Of a DNA stretch of 64,000 nucleotides, positions 47,394 to 57,739 are shown in pieces (positions within the stretch are counted from its first letter, which is position 1; each line of letters opens with the position of its first letter). Source of the DNA: Patescibacteria group bacterium. Its GTDB lineage: Bacteria; Patescibacteriota; Patescibacteriia; JBHPGJ01. Location: assembly GCA_042570545.1 (NCBI GenBank), contig JBHPGJ010000003.1:8214-72213 (forward strand), read 5' to 3'. The notes below the pieces were generated by a model, which had not been told where the DNA came from, did no database searches, and saw nothing but the letters and a program-made list of their open reading frames with translations. The position numbers and the translations under genes are program-made.

Positions 47394-47947
47394 TATTTAT
47401 CATCGCTATTAATTTCTTCGGTTTTTTCTATTTTCTTTTCTGATTTGTCGTCTGCAACTTTCTTTGGTGGCATCAATGATGATAAGCCTTGGATGGTGGC
47501 TCGGGCATTGTTTAGTTTATTGTTTGATCCCAACATCTTGGATACAATATTCTTAATACCAACAAGTTCCATAATCATTCTGACCGAGCTACCAGCGATT
47601 ACACCCCGGCCTTTTGAGGCTGGTTTTAATAAAACAACAGCCGCGCCAAACTTACTTTTTATCTCATGAGGAATGGTTTCATTTACAATCGGCACGGTGA
47701 CCAATGTCTTCTTAGCCGCTGTGACCGCTTTGTTGATAGCGCCGCTGACGTCAGCTCCTTTTTTAACAGCGAAACCAACACGACCCTTGCCGTCGCCAAC
47801 GATGACACTGGCTCGGAAGCGCATGCGTTTACCCCCGGCTACTACTCGAGTAACACGTGCGATATCAACTATCTTCTGGTCAAATTCAGACTTTACGGCT
47901 GGTCGATGGGTTCTGTGCATTGGGCCTGATTGTTTTTTAGGTGTCAT
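47393..47947 (-). CDS. rpsE: 30S ribosomal protein S5 (extended termini)
   Basis: 184 aa. S5 dsRBD and C-terminal domains (VTRVVAGGKRMRFRASVIVGDGKGRVGFAVKKG). Confidence 0.9.
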   Translation of the reverse strand: MTPKKQSGPMHRTHRPAVKSEFDQKIVDIARVTRVVAGGKRMRFRASVIVGDGKGRVGFAVKKGADVSGAINKAVTAAKKTLVTVPIVNETIPHEIKSKFGAAVVLLKPASKGRGVIAGSSVRMIMELVGIKNIVSKMLGSNNKLNNARATIQGLSSLMPPKKVADDKSEKKIEKTEEINSDDK

Positions 47948-47955
47948 AATATTTT

Positions 47956-48309
47956 TTAAAAAATTAGTCCATTCTTTCGTGCTGCTTCGGCAACTTCTTT
48001 TACTCGTCCATGATAAGCGTAGCCTCGTCGATCAAATACGACTTTTTTTACCTTGGCAGCAATGGCCTTTTTGGCAATTAGTTCACCGACAGCTGTGGCT
48101 ACTTTTACTGGAGACTGTTTTTGTCTACTAATTTCTCGGCTGGTGGCCGTAACAATAGTTTTACCGATTTTATCATCAATCACCTGCACACTTATTCCTT
48201 TATTTGATCGATAGACCACTAACCTAGGCCTAGCATCTTTACTCACTATTTTACTCTTAGTTCGTCGGGTGCGTAATTTGGTTCTTAATTGTTTGTTGAT
48301 CTTGGTCAT
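47956..48309 (-). CDS. rplR: 50S ribosomal protein L18
   Basis: 117 aa. RLVVYRSNKGISVQVIDD. Confidence 0.9.
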   Translation of the reverse strand: MTKINKQLRTKLRTRRTKSKIVSKDARPRLVVYRSNKGISVQVIDDKIGKTIVTATSREISRQKQSPVKVATAVGELIAKKAIAAKVKKVVFDRRGYAYHGRVKEVAEAARKNGLIF

Positions 48310-48314
48310 AATAA

Positions 48315-48869
48315 TTATCCTGCTCCAGCTGCGGTTTTCACCACTTTACCTGCCTTGCGCCGGATTACTTCATCAACGTATTTAATACCTTTACCTTTAT
48401 ATGGTTCTGGTTTTCGGATGGCTCTGATCTGGGCGGAAACCTCGCCAACTTGTTGTTTATCTATACCTGAAATAATTATTATATTCTTCTCGACCTTAGC
48501 CGTTATACCTTCCGGCAGCTTAAACTCAACCGGGTGAGAAAAGCCTACATTCAACTCTAATATCTGTCCTTTTGCCACAGCCTTGTAACCGACTCCATTA
48601 ATTTCTAACTTCTTTTCATATCCATCGGTTACGCCAGTGATGCTATTGGCAATTAGCATGCGCGATAGCCCCCAGAGTGAGCGATCAAATTTATTATTAT
48701 TATCCTTTACTGTCACTGTCATAGTCTTATCATCTTTATCTACTTTTACATGATGATGAAGCTTAACTTTCAATTCTCCTTTTGGTCCTTTAACCGTAAT
48801 TAATGAAGCGGACACTTCGACGGTCACTTTATCGGGTATAGCAATTTGTTTTTTACCTATTCTAGACAT
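48315..48869 (-). CDS. rplF: 50S ribosomal protein L6
   Basis: 184 aa. MSRIGKKQIAIPDKVTVE. Confidence 0.9.
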   Translation of the reverse strand: MSRIGKKQIAIPDKVTVEVSASLITVKGPKGELKVKLHHHVKVDKDDKTMTVTVKDNNNKFDRSLWGLSRMLIANSITGVTDGYEKKLEINGVGYKAVAKGQILELNVGFSHPVEFKLPEGITAKVEKNIIIISGIDKQQVGEVSAQIRAIRKPEPYKGKGIKYVDEVIRRKAGKVVKTAAGAG

Positions 48870-48874
48870 AATAT

Positions 48875-49267
48875 TTAATACACTTCAAATAGAACTTCTC
48901 CGCCAAGGTGTTTTTTTCGAGCATCGCGATTGGTCATTAAGCCACGTGAGGTCGACAGGACAGCCATGCCATAATTATTTAAGACAATTGGCAGATTTAG
49001 CCGATCGACATAGACCCTTCTTCCTGGTTTAGAAATTCGCTTAATGTGTTTAATTGACGGTTGTCCATCGTCTCCGTATTTTAATTTGATCAACATTACT
49101 TCATATTTTCTATCTTGGGTTCTTTCATAGCTATCTATCCAACCTTCAGTTTTCAGTATCTTAAGCACTTCTTCTTTAAGTTTTGAGTAAGGCACAGATA
49201 CATCGGCCTTATTGGCCATGTAGGCATTTCGTATTCTCGTTAATAAATCTGCAATTGTATCAGTCAT
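48875..49267 (-). CDS. rpsH: 30S ribosomal protein S8
   Basis: 130 aa. TDTIADLLTRIRNA. Confidence 0.9.
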   Translation of the reverse strand: MTDTIADLLTRIRNAYMANKADVSVPYSKLKEEVLKILKTEGWIDSYERTQDRKYEVMLIKLKYGDDGQPSIKHIKRISKPGRRVYVDRLNLPIVLNNYGMAVLSTSRGLMTNRDARKKHLGGEVLFEVY

Positions 49268-49278
49268 AATTAAATTAT

Positions 49279-49464
49279 TTACCAGCTTGATTTAGTGATC
49301 CCCGGCACTTCTCCTTTGTTAGCCAATTCTCTAAAGCAGATGCGGCAAAGATTGAATTTACGCATATATCCTCTTGCTCTTCCGCATCGCCAGCATCGTC
49401 TAACTATTCGCGTTGAATATTTAGGTCTTTTCGCTGATTTAATGATTTGTGATTTTTTAGCCAT
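49279..49464 (-). CDS. rpsZ: 30S ribosomal protein S14 type Z (zinc-binding)
   Basis: 61 aa. [23 protein letters not shown]. Confidence 0.9.
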   Translation of the reverse strand: MAKKSQIIKSAKRPKYSTRIVRRCWRCGRARGYMRKFNLCRICFRELANKGEVPGITKSSW

Positions 49465-49465
49465 A

Positions 49466-50020
49466 TTATTTATTGTTACTCTGCAGGGGAAATCCTAATG
49501 ACCTTAACAAAGCTTCTCCTTGAGTTGGATCACTAGCACTGGTTACTAAAGTTACTTGCAAGCCATGTAATTGCTCCACTTCATCAGATTTTATTTCGGG
49601 AAATACTATATGCTCCTTAAAGCCAATTGTATAACTTCCACTTTTGCCAAAACTCTTCATGGGCAGCCCCTGAAAATCACGTACTCTGGGCAGGGCCACG
49701 TTTACTAAGCGTTCTATAAAATCATACATTCTTTTACCTCTCAAAGTTACCTTCATACCAACAGGCATACCTTGTCGAAGTTTGAAACTGGCGATCGATT
49801 TCTTGGCAGTGGTTATTACTGGTTTTTGTCCGGTTATTCTTTCTAGTGTACTGGTAACTGTCTTCATAAATTTTTCATCACGCTGGGTATTCTTAATCCG
49901 AGCATTAATTACTACATATTTTACTCGCGGTACTGCTAAATGATTTTTTATCGATAACTCAGCTGCTAGTTTAGGTATGATATTTTTTTGAAATGTTTGA
50001 GCTAGGGCCATATTATCCAA
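49466..50020 (-). CDS. rplE: 50S ribosomal protein L5
   Basis: 184 aa. Canonical position and L5 motifs. Confidence 0.9.
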   Translation of the reverse strand: MDNMALAQTFQKNIIPKLAAELSIKNHLAVPRVKYVVINARIKNTQRDEKFMKTVTSTLERITGQKPVITTAKKSIASFKLRQGMPVGMKVTLRGKRMYDFIERLVNVALPRVRDFQGLPMKSFGKSGSYTIGFKEHIVFPEIKSDEVEQLHGLQVTLVTSASDPTQGEALLRSLGFPLQSNNK

Positions 50021-50321
50021 TCACTTGTTTGCATTTCTTACAAACTCGTTCCTTTTTTTTATTAATTACTTGATGTCCGACACGGGTTGGTTTATTACAT
50101 TTGGGACATACCAATTGAACATTAGAAAGATCCATGGGCGCATTGTACTTTACTACTTGGCCTTTCTCATTCTCTCTTCGTGCCCGTACATTCTTCAAGG
50201 CAACATTGAGCCCATCAATCACTATTCGCCCATTTTTTGGCAATACTTGTAAAACCTTACCCTGTTTGCCTCGGTCCTTGCCATAAATTATTTTAACATT
50301 GTCATCTTTGCGAATATTCAT
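50013..50321 (-). CDS. rplX: 50S ribosomal protein L24 with a C-terminal CxxC...CxxC zinc-ribbon extension
   Basis: 102 aa. KOW domain (KDDNVKIIYGKDRGKQGKV), then CPKCNKPTRVGH...RVCKKCKQ. Confidence 0.88.
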   Translation of the reverse strand: MNIRKDDNVKIIYGKDRGKQGKVLQVLPKNGRIVIDGLNVALKNVRARRENEKGQVVKYNAPMDLSNVQLVCPKCNKPTRVGHQVINKKKERVCKKCKQVIG

Positions 50322-50322
50322 C

Positions 50323-50694
50323 TTATAAAACCTCCGGTGCTAATGAAGCGATTTTATTATAACCGCGATTTTTTATTTCCCTGGCAATAGGTCCAAAAAT
50401 TCTGGTTCCCTTAGGATCTTTTGATTCCTTATCAATAATCACCGCCGCATTATCATCAAAGCGTATGGCAGAACCATCACGTCGGGATAATTCTTTACGT
50501 TGTCTGACGATGACTGCTCGGACTACATCACCTTTTTTGACCATACTATAGGGGGCAGCTTCTTTAACTGAGGCTGTAATTACATCGCCAATTCGAGCAT
50601 ATCTTCGTTTATAGCCACCTAATACTTTAATGCACATAATCTTCTTAGCGCCGGTGTTATCAGCTAAAGTTATCATACTGCGAGGTTGAATCAT
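50323..50694 (-). CDS. rplN: 50S ribosomal protein L14
   Basis: 123 aa. [27 protein letters not shown]. Confidence 0.92.
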   Translation of the reverse strand: MIQPRSMITLADNTGAKKIMCIKVLGGYKRRYARIGDVITASVKEAAPYSMVKKGDVVRAVIVRQRKELSRRDGSAIRFDDNAAVIIDKESKDPKGTRIFGPIAREIKNRGYNKIASLAPEVL

Positions 50695-50963
50695 TAACTT
50701 TTCTCCTTCATATTTACAGTTTGTTCAAGTCGCCATTTTTTACCCTTTGACAAGGGACGCGATGCAATTATCGTTACCGTTTGACCGACTTGGGCACTAT
50801 TGGCTGGATCATGTACTTTATATTTCTTACTAACTTTATATTGGCGACTATATTTTGCGTGCCAGCGAACACGGTCAACCTTAACTACAATAGTTTTGTC
50901 CATTTTTGTTGAAACAACCGTACCGGTTAGTTTTCTTATAATTTTTTTATCAGTAGTCGTCAT
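50694..50963 (-). CDS. rpsQ: 30S ribosomal protein S17
   Basis: 89 aa. [18 protein letters not shown]. Confidence 0.9.
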   Translation of the reverse strand: MTTTDKKIIRKLTGTVVSTKMDKTIVVKVDRVRWHAKYSRQYKVSKKYKVHDPANSAQVGQTVTIIASRPLSKGKKWRLEQTVNMKEKS

Positions 50964-51163
50964 TACTTTGAATGTTTTTTAGCTAATTGATTTAAACGAG
51001 TGAGTATCTGAGCAATTTCCTGACGCAACTCTCTAACCGTCCTAACGTCTTTTAATTGATCATTTGATACCTTGAAGCGAGCTTCACGAAGATCTTCTCT
51101 CTTCTGCGCTAACAATCGCTGTAGTTCGGTCTCCTGCTTGTTTTCTATCTCTTTAAACTTCAT
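50963..51163 (-). CDS. rpmC: 50S ribosomal protein L29
   Basis: 66 aa, helical. Position between rplP and rpsQ. Confidence 0.85.
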   Translation of the reverse strand: MKFKEIENKQETELQRLLAQKREDLREARFKVSNDQLKDVRTVRELRQEIAQILTRLNQLAKKHSK

Positions 51164-51582
51164 TATTTATTCTCCGGCGGTAATATAATCTTAGTTTTTA
51201 CCGGTAATTTATATGAAGCTAATCTTAATGCTTCTCGAGCCATGTCGCGTTCGACGCCATCGATTTCCAGCATTATTACACCTGGCTTCACAACCGCTAC
51301 ATAATGATCAACGGCTCCCTTGCCCCCGCCCATTCTCACTTCATTACCTTTTATAGTTACCGGTTTGTCAGGAAAAATCCTGACCCATAACTTGCCACCA
51401 CGTTGTAATTTTCTGGTGATTGTTCGACGAGCGGCTTCGATTTGTCGAGCTGTTATCCAGGAACCAGTTAAGGCTTTAAGGCCATAACGACCAAAGTTGA
51501 TGTTAACCTTATCGCTAGCCTTGCCGGTTACTTTACCGCCGCGCATTACTTTCCGGTGTTTTACTTTTCGTGGAGTAAGCAT
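51163..51582 (-). CDS. rplP: 50S ribosomal protein L16
   Basis: 139 aa. [16 protein letters not shown]. Confidence 0.92.
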   Translation of the reverse strand: MLTPRKVKHRKVMRGGKVTGKASDKVNINFGRYGLKALTGSWITARQIEAARRTITRKLQRGGKLWVRIFPDKPVTIKGNEVRMGGGKGAVDHYVAVVKPGVIMLEIDGVERDMAREALRLASYKLPVKTKIILPPENK

Positions 51583-51586
51583 TTAA

Positions 51587-52276
51587 TTATTTATCCTGAA
51601 TATTTGCATCATCATTAATTTTTTTTACTTCGACTGGTTGATTAAAAATTTCTCCTTTGTAAATCCAGATTTTTACACCGATAGTTCCGTAAGTGGTATT
51701 TGCTTGGCCGCGTGCATAATCAATATCGGCGCGTAAAGTTTGTAACGGGATACTGCCTTCGGCCAGGTGTTCGGTACGAGCAATCTCGGCACCATTCAAA
51801 CGCCCAGCGACCTGTACTCTAACTCCCTTGGCTCCAGCCCGACGTACCTGATTAATTGTCTGCTTCATAACTCGTCGAAACGGCATACGTCTTTCTAGTT
51901 GCTCAATCATTCCGCGTAATACTATTTGAGCATTCATATCTGGTTTATCAACTTCTTGAATATTCAGACGTAAATTTAATTTAACCTTTCCCATCATGAT
52001 TTTCTTAAGTTCAGATTTTAATTCCTCAGCTCCCTGTCCGCCACGTCCAATAACTATGCCCGGTTTAGATGTAAATATAGTAACGGTTATGGTATTGGCC
52101 GATCGTTCAATTTCGACGTCAGCCACGCCAGCATCCTTAAGTTTTACCTTGATATACTTTCTTAGTTGAACATCTTGGCGCAGTAACTTACTGTAATCTT
52201 TACGTGAAAACCATTTTGAGTCCCAAGTTTTATTGATCCCTAGACGGAATACTTTTGGATGTACTTTTCGGCCCAT
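51587..52276 (-). CDS. rpsC: 30S ribosomal protein S3
   Basis: 229 aa. MGRKVHPKVFRLGI; KH domain. Confidence 0.92.
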   Translation of the reverse strand: MGRKVHPKVFRLGINKTWDSKWFSRKDYSKLLRQDVQLRKYIKVKLKDAGVADVEIERSANTITVTIFTSKPGIVIGRGGQGAEELKSELKKIMMGKVKLNLRLNIQEVDKPDMNAQIVLRGMIEQLERRMPFRRVMKQTINQVRRAGAKGVRVQVAGRLNGAEIARTEHLAEGSIPLQTLRADIDYARGQANTTYGTIGVKIWIYKGEIFNQPVEVKKINDDANIQDK

Positions 52277-52693
52277 TTATTTTTTCACTTTCTTACCAAC
52301 TAATGAGGTTTTATCGGCTTTGATTGTCGTTTTCGTGGTATCGGCTTTTTTCTTGGCTTTTTTAATTTCGGCCACCGTAATAGACAAGTGGGTTGATCTT
52401 TTTCTTATTTCAGTTGCACGACCATACGCTCGAGGCTTGAATCGTTTCAGTGTTGGTCCTTCATCGGCCGTTATTGTTTTAATAAATAAATTATTTTTAT
52501 CAAGCTTTTTGTCGTTGACGGCACTGGCCACGGCGGATGATAATAGCTTGTTAATAAAATGAGCAGCCCGTTTAGTAGTAAACTTAAGCCGGGCGTCTGC
52601 TTGATCGACTTTTAAACCACGTATTTCATTAATTACCAGCCGTACCTTCCGTGGTGCAATTCTTACGTATTTTGATTTAACCGTAACCGTCAT
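52277..52693 (-). CDS. rplV: 50S ribosomal protein L22 (Lys-rich C-terminal extension)
   Basis: 138 aa. KYVRIAPRKVRLV. Confidence 0.9.
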   Translation of the reverse strand: MTVTVKSKYVRIAPRKVRLVINEIRGLKVDQADARLKFTTKRAAHFINKLLSSAVASAVNDKKLDKNNLFIKTITADEGPTLKRFKPRAYGRATEIRKRSTHLSITVAEIKKAKKKADTTKTTIKADKTSLVGKKVKK

Positions 52694-52697
52694 TTAA

Positions 52698-53039
52698 TTA
52701 TTTTTCCTTCTCTGCGCTTTCTGCTTCACGCTTAGTAGCATCTTTGGCAGCCTGAGCAGCCTCGGCTTCTTGTTCTTTTTGAATACGACCACCATGACGT
52801 ACAAATTTTCTAGTCGGTGCAAATTCGCCTAAGCTATGCCCAACCATATTTTCAACAATAAATACTGGGGTATGGGTCTTGCCGTTATGAACACCAATAT
52901 TGAAACCAACCATCTCCGGCGTAATAACTGAAGAACGCGACCAGGTTTTAATGACTACTTTATCACCTTTTTTAACTTTAGCTATTTTTTTCAATAACCT
53001 TTCGTCAACGAAGGGACCCTTTTTTAGACTTCTAGACAT
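52698..53039 (-). CDS. rpsS: 30S ribosomal protein S19 (acidic/Lys C-terminal extension)
   Basis: 113 aa. [12 protein letters not shown]...[11 protein letters not shown]. Confidence 0.9.
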   Translation of the reverse strand: MSRSLKKGPFVDERLLKKIAKVKKGDKVVIKTWSRSSVITPEMVGFNIGVHNGKTHTPVFIVENMVGHSLGEFAPTRKFVRHGGRIQKEQEAEAAQAAKDATKREAESAEKEK

Positions 53040-53042
53040 AAA

Positions 53043-53876
53043 TTATTTTTTTCGCCGTTTTACAATTAACTTATTAGATTTCTTATTCTTTTTACGGGTT
53101 ATAACGCCAAGAGCAGTTTTGCCCCATGGGGTTTTAGGATTTTTCATACCAATCGGTGAGCCGCCTTCCCCGCCACCATGTGGATGATCAACTGGATTCA
53201 TGGCTTTACCACGAACTGTTGGTCTTATGCCCCGCCAGCGATTTTTTCCGGCTTTACCTTTTTTAATATTACCTTGATCTAAATTACCAACTTGCCCAAT
53301 AGTCGCCATGCTTGATTTTTGAATCAACCTTATTTCGCCAGAAGGCAGTTTTAATTGGGCAAAGCGCCCCTCGATAGCCATTAACGAAGCTGCCGCACCA
53401 GCCGAGCGAACTATTGTTCCGCCCCGTCCAGGTTCTAATTCAATATTATATACTCCTAGGCCAACTGGAATATTTTCCAGCGGTAACCTATTACCAGGCT
53501 CAATCGGAGCCTCTTTTTTTGATGACATCACCGAGACACCGACTTTCAATGACTTGGGAGCTAAGATATATGACTTCTCACCATCCTGGTATTGTATTAA
53601 GGCAATATTTGAGGTGCGATTTGGGTCATATTCTATACTAATCACTTTAGCGGGAGCATCATATTTAAATCTTTTAAAATCAACTAAACGATAATGTTTT
53701 TTGGAACCACCGCCACGGTGTCTGACAGTTATTCGGCCCTGATTGCTACGGCCGGCGTTTTTCTTTTTTACTACCAACAATGATTTCTCGGGTTTGTTTT
53801 TGGTAATATCGGTCATTATCTGCCGGCTGGCATGTCTTTGTCCTGGACTAGTTGGTTTAACTTTAACTACGGGCAT
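53043..53876 (-). CDS. rplB: 50S ribosomal protein L2
   Basis: 277 aa. [19 protein letters not shown]. Confidence 0.92.
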   Translation of the reverse strand: MPVVKVKPTSPGQRHASRQIMTDITKNKPEKSLLVVKKKNAGRSNQGRITVRHRGGGSKKHYRLVDFKRFKYDAPAKVISIEYDPNRTSNIALIQYQDGEKSYILAPKSLKVGVSVMSSKKEAPIEPGNRLPLENIPVGLGVYNIELEPGRGGTIVRSAGAAASLMAIEGRFAQLKLPSGEIRLIQKSSMATIGQVGNLDQGNIKKGKAGKNRWRGIRPTVRGKAMNPVDHPHGGGEGGSPIGMKNPKTPWGKTALGVITRKKNKKSNKLIVKRRKK

Positions 53877-53881
53877 ATAAT

Positions 53882-54388
53882 TTATGATTCAAATACTTCA
53901 ATTGTTTTTCCTTCAGGCAGGGTAACGACGGCCTTTTTCCAGTTTTTCGTCACGCCGACACTGCGACCATAGCGTACGGCTTTACCTGATTGGTGCATAA
54001 TATTAACTTTGGTGGGTAAAATTCCATAGAGGTCGTTAATGGCTCTTTTAACCATATCTCGGTTGGCATTGGGATGAACTTCAAAGGCATATCGTCCTGG
54101 ATGGCTTGACATTTTTTCAGTAATCAATGGTCGGACCAAAACCTTGGGAGCAAATAGCGGTGTTCGGCTACTCTTTTTCTTAGCACTAGTATCTGATTCT
54201 TTCTTTTTACTATCAGCTTTATTGTCATCAGTATCTTTCACATCCTTTTTTTTACCACTGTCGACAGCCGAACCGACGGACATAAACCGTTTTTTCATAT
54301 TATCTTTATCGCCAACAGCATGCATGGGCTTAGCTGTTTTCTTTTTCTTCTGGCCGTATATACTTTTAAATTTATCTAGCAGTCCCAT
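53882..54388 (-). CDS. rplW: 50S ribosomal protein L23 with a roughly 75-aa Lys-rich N-terminal extension
   Basis: 168 aa. The L23 core starts near [12 protein letters not shown]. The N-terminal 75 aa are K/D/S-rich. Confidence 0.8.
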   Translation of the reverse strand: MGLLDKFKSIYGQKKKKTAKPMHAVGDKDNMKKRFMSVGSAVDSGKKKDVKDTDDNKADSKKKESDTSAKKKSSRTPLFAPKVLVRPLITEKMSSHPGRYAFEVHPNANRDMVKRAINDLYGILPTKVNIMHQSGKAVRYGRSVGVTKNWKKAVVTLPEGKTIEVFES

Positions 54389-54391
54389 AAA

Positions 54392-55108
54392 TTATTTTTT
54401 AGTAACTTTCTTAACTGCTTTAACTTTCTTAACCGTCTTTTTGGTGGTAATTTTAACTGCTGGTTTTGGTGAAATCTTTATTTTATTAAAGGTGTTTTTT
54501 ATAACATCAAGAGATGGTTTTGGCAAGAGAAGATAATTGTGATTAATAACATCGACCACATTTAGACTATCAGCTAAAATAGTTTTAACCTTTTTCAAAT
54601 TATTTGTTGCCCGGACCATCTTTACGTCTGCTTTAGGTAAGATTGTCAGTATTGAACGTTTCTCAATCGGCAATTTATCAATAATATTATTAAAACTTTT
54701 TGTTTTAGCTTCTGCTAGATCTAATTTATCCAAGACTATAACTTTGTTATTACCGGCCTTGTCTGACAGTGCCATAGCCAAGGCTTTTTGCTTTACTTTT
54801 TTGTTAATATTTTTTGAAAAATTTGTTACATTTCGCGGCCCAAATGTTTTACCGCCACCTTTCCACAATGGTGAGCGTATTGAGCCATGTCGGGCGCGTC
54901 CCGTACCTTTTTGTCGCCAGGGTTTACGTCCGCCACCACGTACTTCACTTCTGGTTTTTACATGTGCTAACGGTTGCCGATTATTTGCTTGCTGGCTAAC
55001 AACAGCTAATTTTACTACCTCTTTTTTGATATCAGCTTCAAAAATACTTGGTAAATTAGTTTCGCCAATTTTATCTCCCTGTTGGTTGTAAACTGTTACT
55101 TTTATCAT
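54392..55108 (-). CDS. rplD: 50S ribosomal protein L4 (Lys-rich C-terminal extension)
   Basis: 238 aa, with the L4 core and tail KITTKKTVKKVKAVKKVTKK. Confidence 0.88.
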   Translation of the reverse strand: MIKVTVYNQQGDKIGETNLPSIFEADIKKEVVKLAVVSQQANNRQPLAHVKTRSEVRGGGRKPWRQKGTGRARHGSIRSPLWKGGGKTFGPRNVTNFSKNINKKVKQKALAMALSDKAGNNKVIVLDKLDLAEAKTKSFNNIIDKLPIEKRSILTILPKADVKMVRATNNLKKVKTILADSLNVVDVINHNYLLLPKPSLDVIKNTFNKIKISPKPAVKITTKKTVKKVKAVKKVTKK

Positions 55109-55824
55109 TATTTTTTAACCTTTGTATCAGTTTTAGGAGCGTCTTTTTTATTATCAGATACTGGCTTTGGGTCAATTTCTTTTTCCGTCGTCATTTTAGC
55201 TGCTAATTCCATATCACCAGGTCCCTTAATTAATAATAGGCCATTTCGCGGTCCAGGTACGGCGCCTTTTATGTAAATTAGATTTTTTTCTTCGTCAACT
55301 TTAGCAACAGACAATCCGTGTATTGATGATTGACTGGCACCAAATTGACCAGGATTTTTTTTACCTTTAAACACATGTGCTGGTCCAGTAGCGCCACTCG
55401 ATCCAGGCATACGGAGCTGATCTTTTGTACCATGACTCGCCGGTGCACCATGGAAACCATGTCGCTTAACTACTCCAGTAAAACCTCGTCCTTTAGTTGT
55501 CCCAGTGACCTGTACGCTGTCAGTTGGCTGAAAATTAGCTACGCTGATTACTTGGCCAATTTTATATTTTGATACATCATCAACTCTAAACTCCCTTAAT
55601 TTACGACTTGGCTTACGCCCCTTCAAAATGCCAGTTAGTGGTTTGCTTAATTTTTTTCTTTCACCAGCACCGCCAATCTGAACAGCGTTATAACCGTCTT
55701 TGTCCTTGGTCTTGACTGCGGTTACTTCGCAGGGAAGAGCAGTCACAGCAGTAACCGGGACGACAGTACCGTCATCATTAAACAACCTTGTCATTTCCTT
55801 TTTTGTACCGATAATGAATTTCAT
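55108..55824 (-). CDS. rplC: 50S ribosomal protein L3 (C-terminal extension)
   Basis: 238 aa. MKFIIGTKKEMTRLF...GKGFTGVVKRHGF. Confidence 0.92.
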   Translation of the reverse strand: MKFIIGTKKEMTRLFNDDGTVVPVTAVTALPCEVTAVKTKDKDGYNAVQIGGAGERKKLSKPLTGILKGRKPSRKLREFRVDDVSKYKIGQVISVANFQPTDSVQVTGTTKGRGFTGVVKRHGFHGAPASHGTKDQLRMPGSSGATGPAHVFKGKKNPGQFGASQSSIHGLSVAKVDEEKNLIYIKGAVPGPRNGLLLIKGPGDMELAAKMTTEKEIDPKPVSDNKKDAPKTDTKVKK

Positions 55825-55835
55825 ATATTTATCTC

Positions 55836-55951
55836 AAAAACCGATGAGCCGGGAACTTACCACATTAGCACATCGGTTTTATAAACCTTGCTACTGGTGG
55901 CAAATTGTTATCTGTAGATTAACTGCTGTTCCCGGGTATTGTCATCTACAG
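55836..55951 (-). promoter_or_regulatory. Structured intergenic element between rpsJ and rplC: two stem-loops with mutually complementary loop sequences, and a weak terminator-like configuration
   Basis: Hairpin A is ctgtagat...atctacag (55912-55951) with loop gttcccggg. Hairpin B is aaaaccgatg...catcggtttt (55837-55880) with loop gccgggaac. The loops are exact reverse complements of each other. On the transcribed (minus) strand, hairpin B is followed by uuuuugag. Confidence 0.35.
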
Positions 55952-55975
55952 AACCGATCGCCTAATATTTACTTT

Positions 55976-56323
55976 TTACATTTTAATTTCTATGTCCACA
56001 CCGGCTGGTAAACTCAAGTTCATCAATGAATCAACTGTCTTGGCGGTGGGATTCAATATATCGATCAATCTTTTATGAATCCGCATCTCATACTGCTCAC
56101 GTGAGTCTTTATGAACGAAAGACGCGCGTTGAACGGTATATTTATTCTTTTCCGTTGGCAAAGGCACTGGACCACGGATAGTAGCACCGCTACTAACCGC
56201 TGTTTCCATAATAGTGCGAGTGGATTGATCTATTATTTTATGATCAAAGGCTCGAATTTTAATACGTATCCGTTGCTGTCCTTCCTCAAGCTCTGGAGTA
56301 GTTGATTTTTTTTTCTGTACCAT
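55976..56323 (-). CDS. rpsJ: 30S ribosomal protein S10
   Basis: 115 aa. [17 protein letters not shown]...RGPVPLPT. Confidence 0.9.
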   Translation of the reverse strand: MVQKKKSTTPELEEGQQRIRIKIRAFDHKIIDQSTRTIMETAVSSGATIRGPVPLPTEKNKYTVQRASFVHKDSREQYEMRIHKRLIDILNPTAKTVDSLMNLSLPAGVDIEIKM

Positions 56324-56360
56324 GATGATTGAATGAACGAGCCTTAGTTATAATGATTAA

Positions 56361-57545
56361 TTACTTGCTTATTTTTGTTACTACGCCAGCACCAACAGTT
56401 TTACCACCCTCACGAAGAGCAAAGCGTTGCTTCTCTTCCAGAGCTACTGCTTTAGCTAGTTTAACTTTCACCGATAGAGTATCACCAGGCATAACCATTT
56501 CCGTACCTTCGGGCAATTCTACAGCACCGGTAACGTCAGTGGTACGAATATAAAACTGAGGTTTGTAACCTTTAAAGAATGGGGTGTGGCGTCCACCTTC
56601 TTCTTTGGTAAGCACATATACTTCGGCTTCAAATTCAGTGTGAGGCGTTACTGCCCCTGGTTTAGCAATTACTTGCCCACGCTCTACTTCTTCCTTCTTA
56701 GTGCCACGGAGTAACAAGCCAGCATTATCTCCGGCTCGACCTTCATCCAATTCTTTATTAAACATCTCGACTCCGGTAACAACAGTTTTTTGAGTATCGC
56801 GCAATCCGACTAATTCTACTTCTTCATTTACTTTAACAATTCCTCTTTCAATCCTACCGGTAACGACTGTTCCGCGACCCTCAATTGAGAATACGTCCTC
56901 TACCGGCATTAAGAAATCTTTATCAACTGGTCGTTTTGGTTCAGGAATGTATTCATCAATCTTATCCATCAATTCGGTGATTGCTTTCTTTGATTCCTCG
57001 TCTCCTTCAAGCGCCTTGAGCGCTGAGCCCTTGATGATGGGAACTTCGTCCCCTGGAAATTCATACTTTTTAAGTAAATCACGAATTTCTACCTCGACCA
57101 GATCAATCAGTTCTTTGTCGTCTACCTGATCAGTTTTGTTTAAAAATACTACGATAGCCGGGACACCTACCTGACGAGCAAGTAGAATATGCTCGCGGGT
57201 TTGAGGCATCGGACCATCAGCAGCGGACACGACAAGGATTGCGCCGTCCATTTGGGCCGCGCCGGTTATCATATTTTTTACATAGTCTGCGTGCCCGGGA
57301 CAATCAACGTGAGCATAGTGTCGCTTTGCCGTTTCGTACTCAACGTGGGCGGTAGCGATAGTAATACCTCGTTCTTTTTCTTCTGGGGCGCTATCAATCT
57401 CTTCAACGGTTTTGCTCTGAGCAGTATTGCCTGATTCAGCTAGAATTTTAAGTATAGCCGCTGTTAACGTGGTTTTGCCATGGTCTACGTGACCAATAGT
57501 ACCAATGTTAACGTGTGGTTTAGATCGATCAAATTTTTCTGCCAT
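56361..57545 (-). CDS. tuf: Elongation factor Tu
   Basis: 394 aa. [18 protein letters not shown] and NKTD G-motifs. Confidence 0.96.
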   Translation of the reverse strand: MAEKFDRSKPHVNIGTIGHVDHGKTTLTAAILKILAESGNTAQSKTVEEIDSAPEEKERGITIATAHVEYETAKRHYAHVDCPGHADYVKNMITGAAQMDGAILVVSAADGPMPQTREHILLARQVGVPAIVVFLNKTDQVDDKELIDLVEVEIRDLLKKYEFPGDEVPIIKGSALKALEGDEESKKAITELMDKIDEYIPEPKRPVDKDFLMPVEDVFSIEGRGTVVTGRIERGIVKVNEEVELVGLRDTQKTVVTGVEMFNKELDEGRAGDNAGLLLRGTKKEEVERGQVIAKPGAVTPHTEFEAEVYVLTKEEGGRHTPFFKGYKPQFYIRTTDVTGAVELPEGTEMVMPGDTLSVKVKLAKAVALEEKQRFALREGGKTVGAGVVTKISK

Positions 57546-57739
57546 TTTCTTATTAATATTTAATTATTATTAATCTAAATTTAAGTTTAGGTTCTGGTAA
57601 AAATATAAACTTTTTTCAATAAATGCAATCTGGAGTATAGCAGGAGACCTCAATATTTGCAAGATTTTGCTAAAGTTGGTAAATATCTTATGGCGAGGTA
57701 ATAATTCATTCTCATATATTTGCTAACCCTAGCCAATTA

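Noticed and set aside
47445-55572. Numerous 60-150-aa ORFs inside or antisense to ribosomal protein genes (for example 47673..48131, 52233..52562, 54144..54536, 54744..55091)
   Set aside because: They overlap canonical, motif-verified r-protein genes on the opposite strand or in other frames. They have no SDs and are low-complexity.
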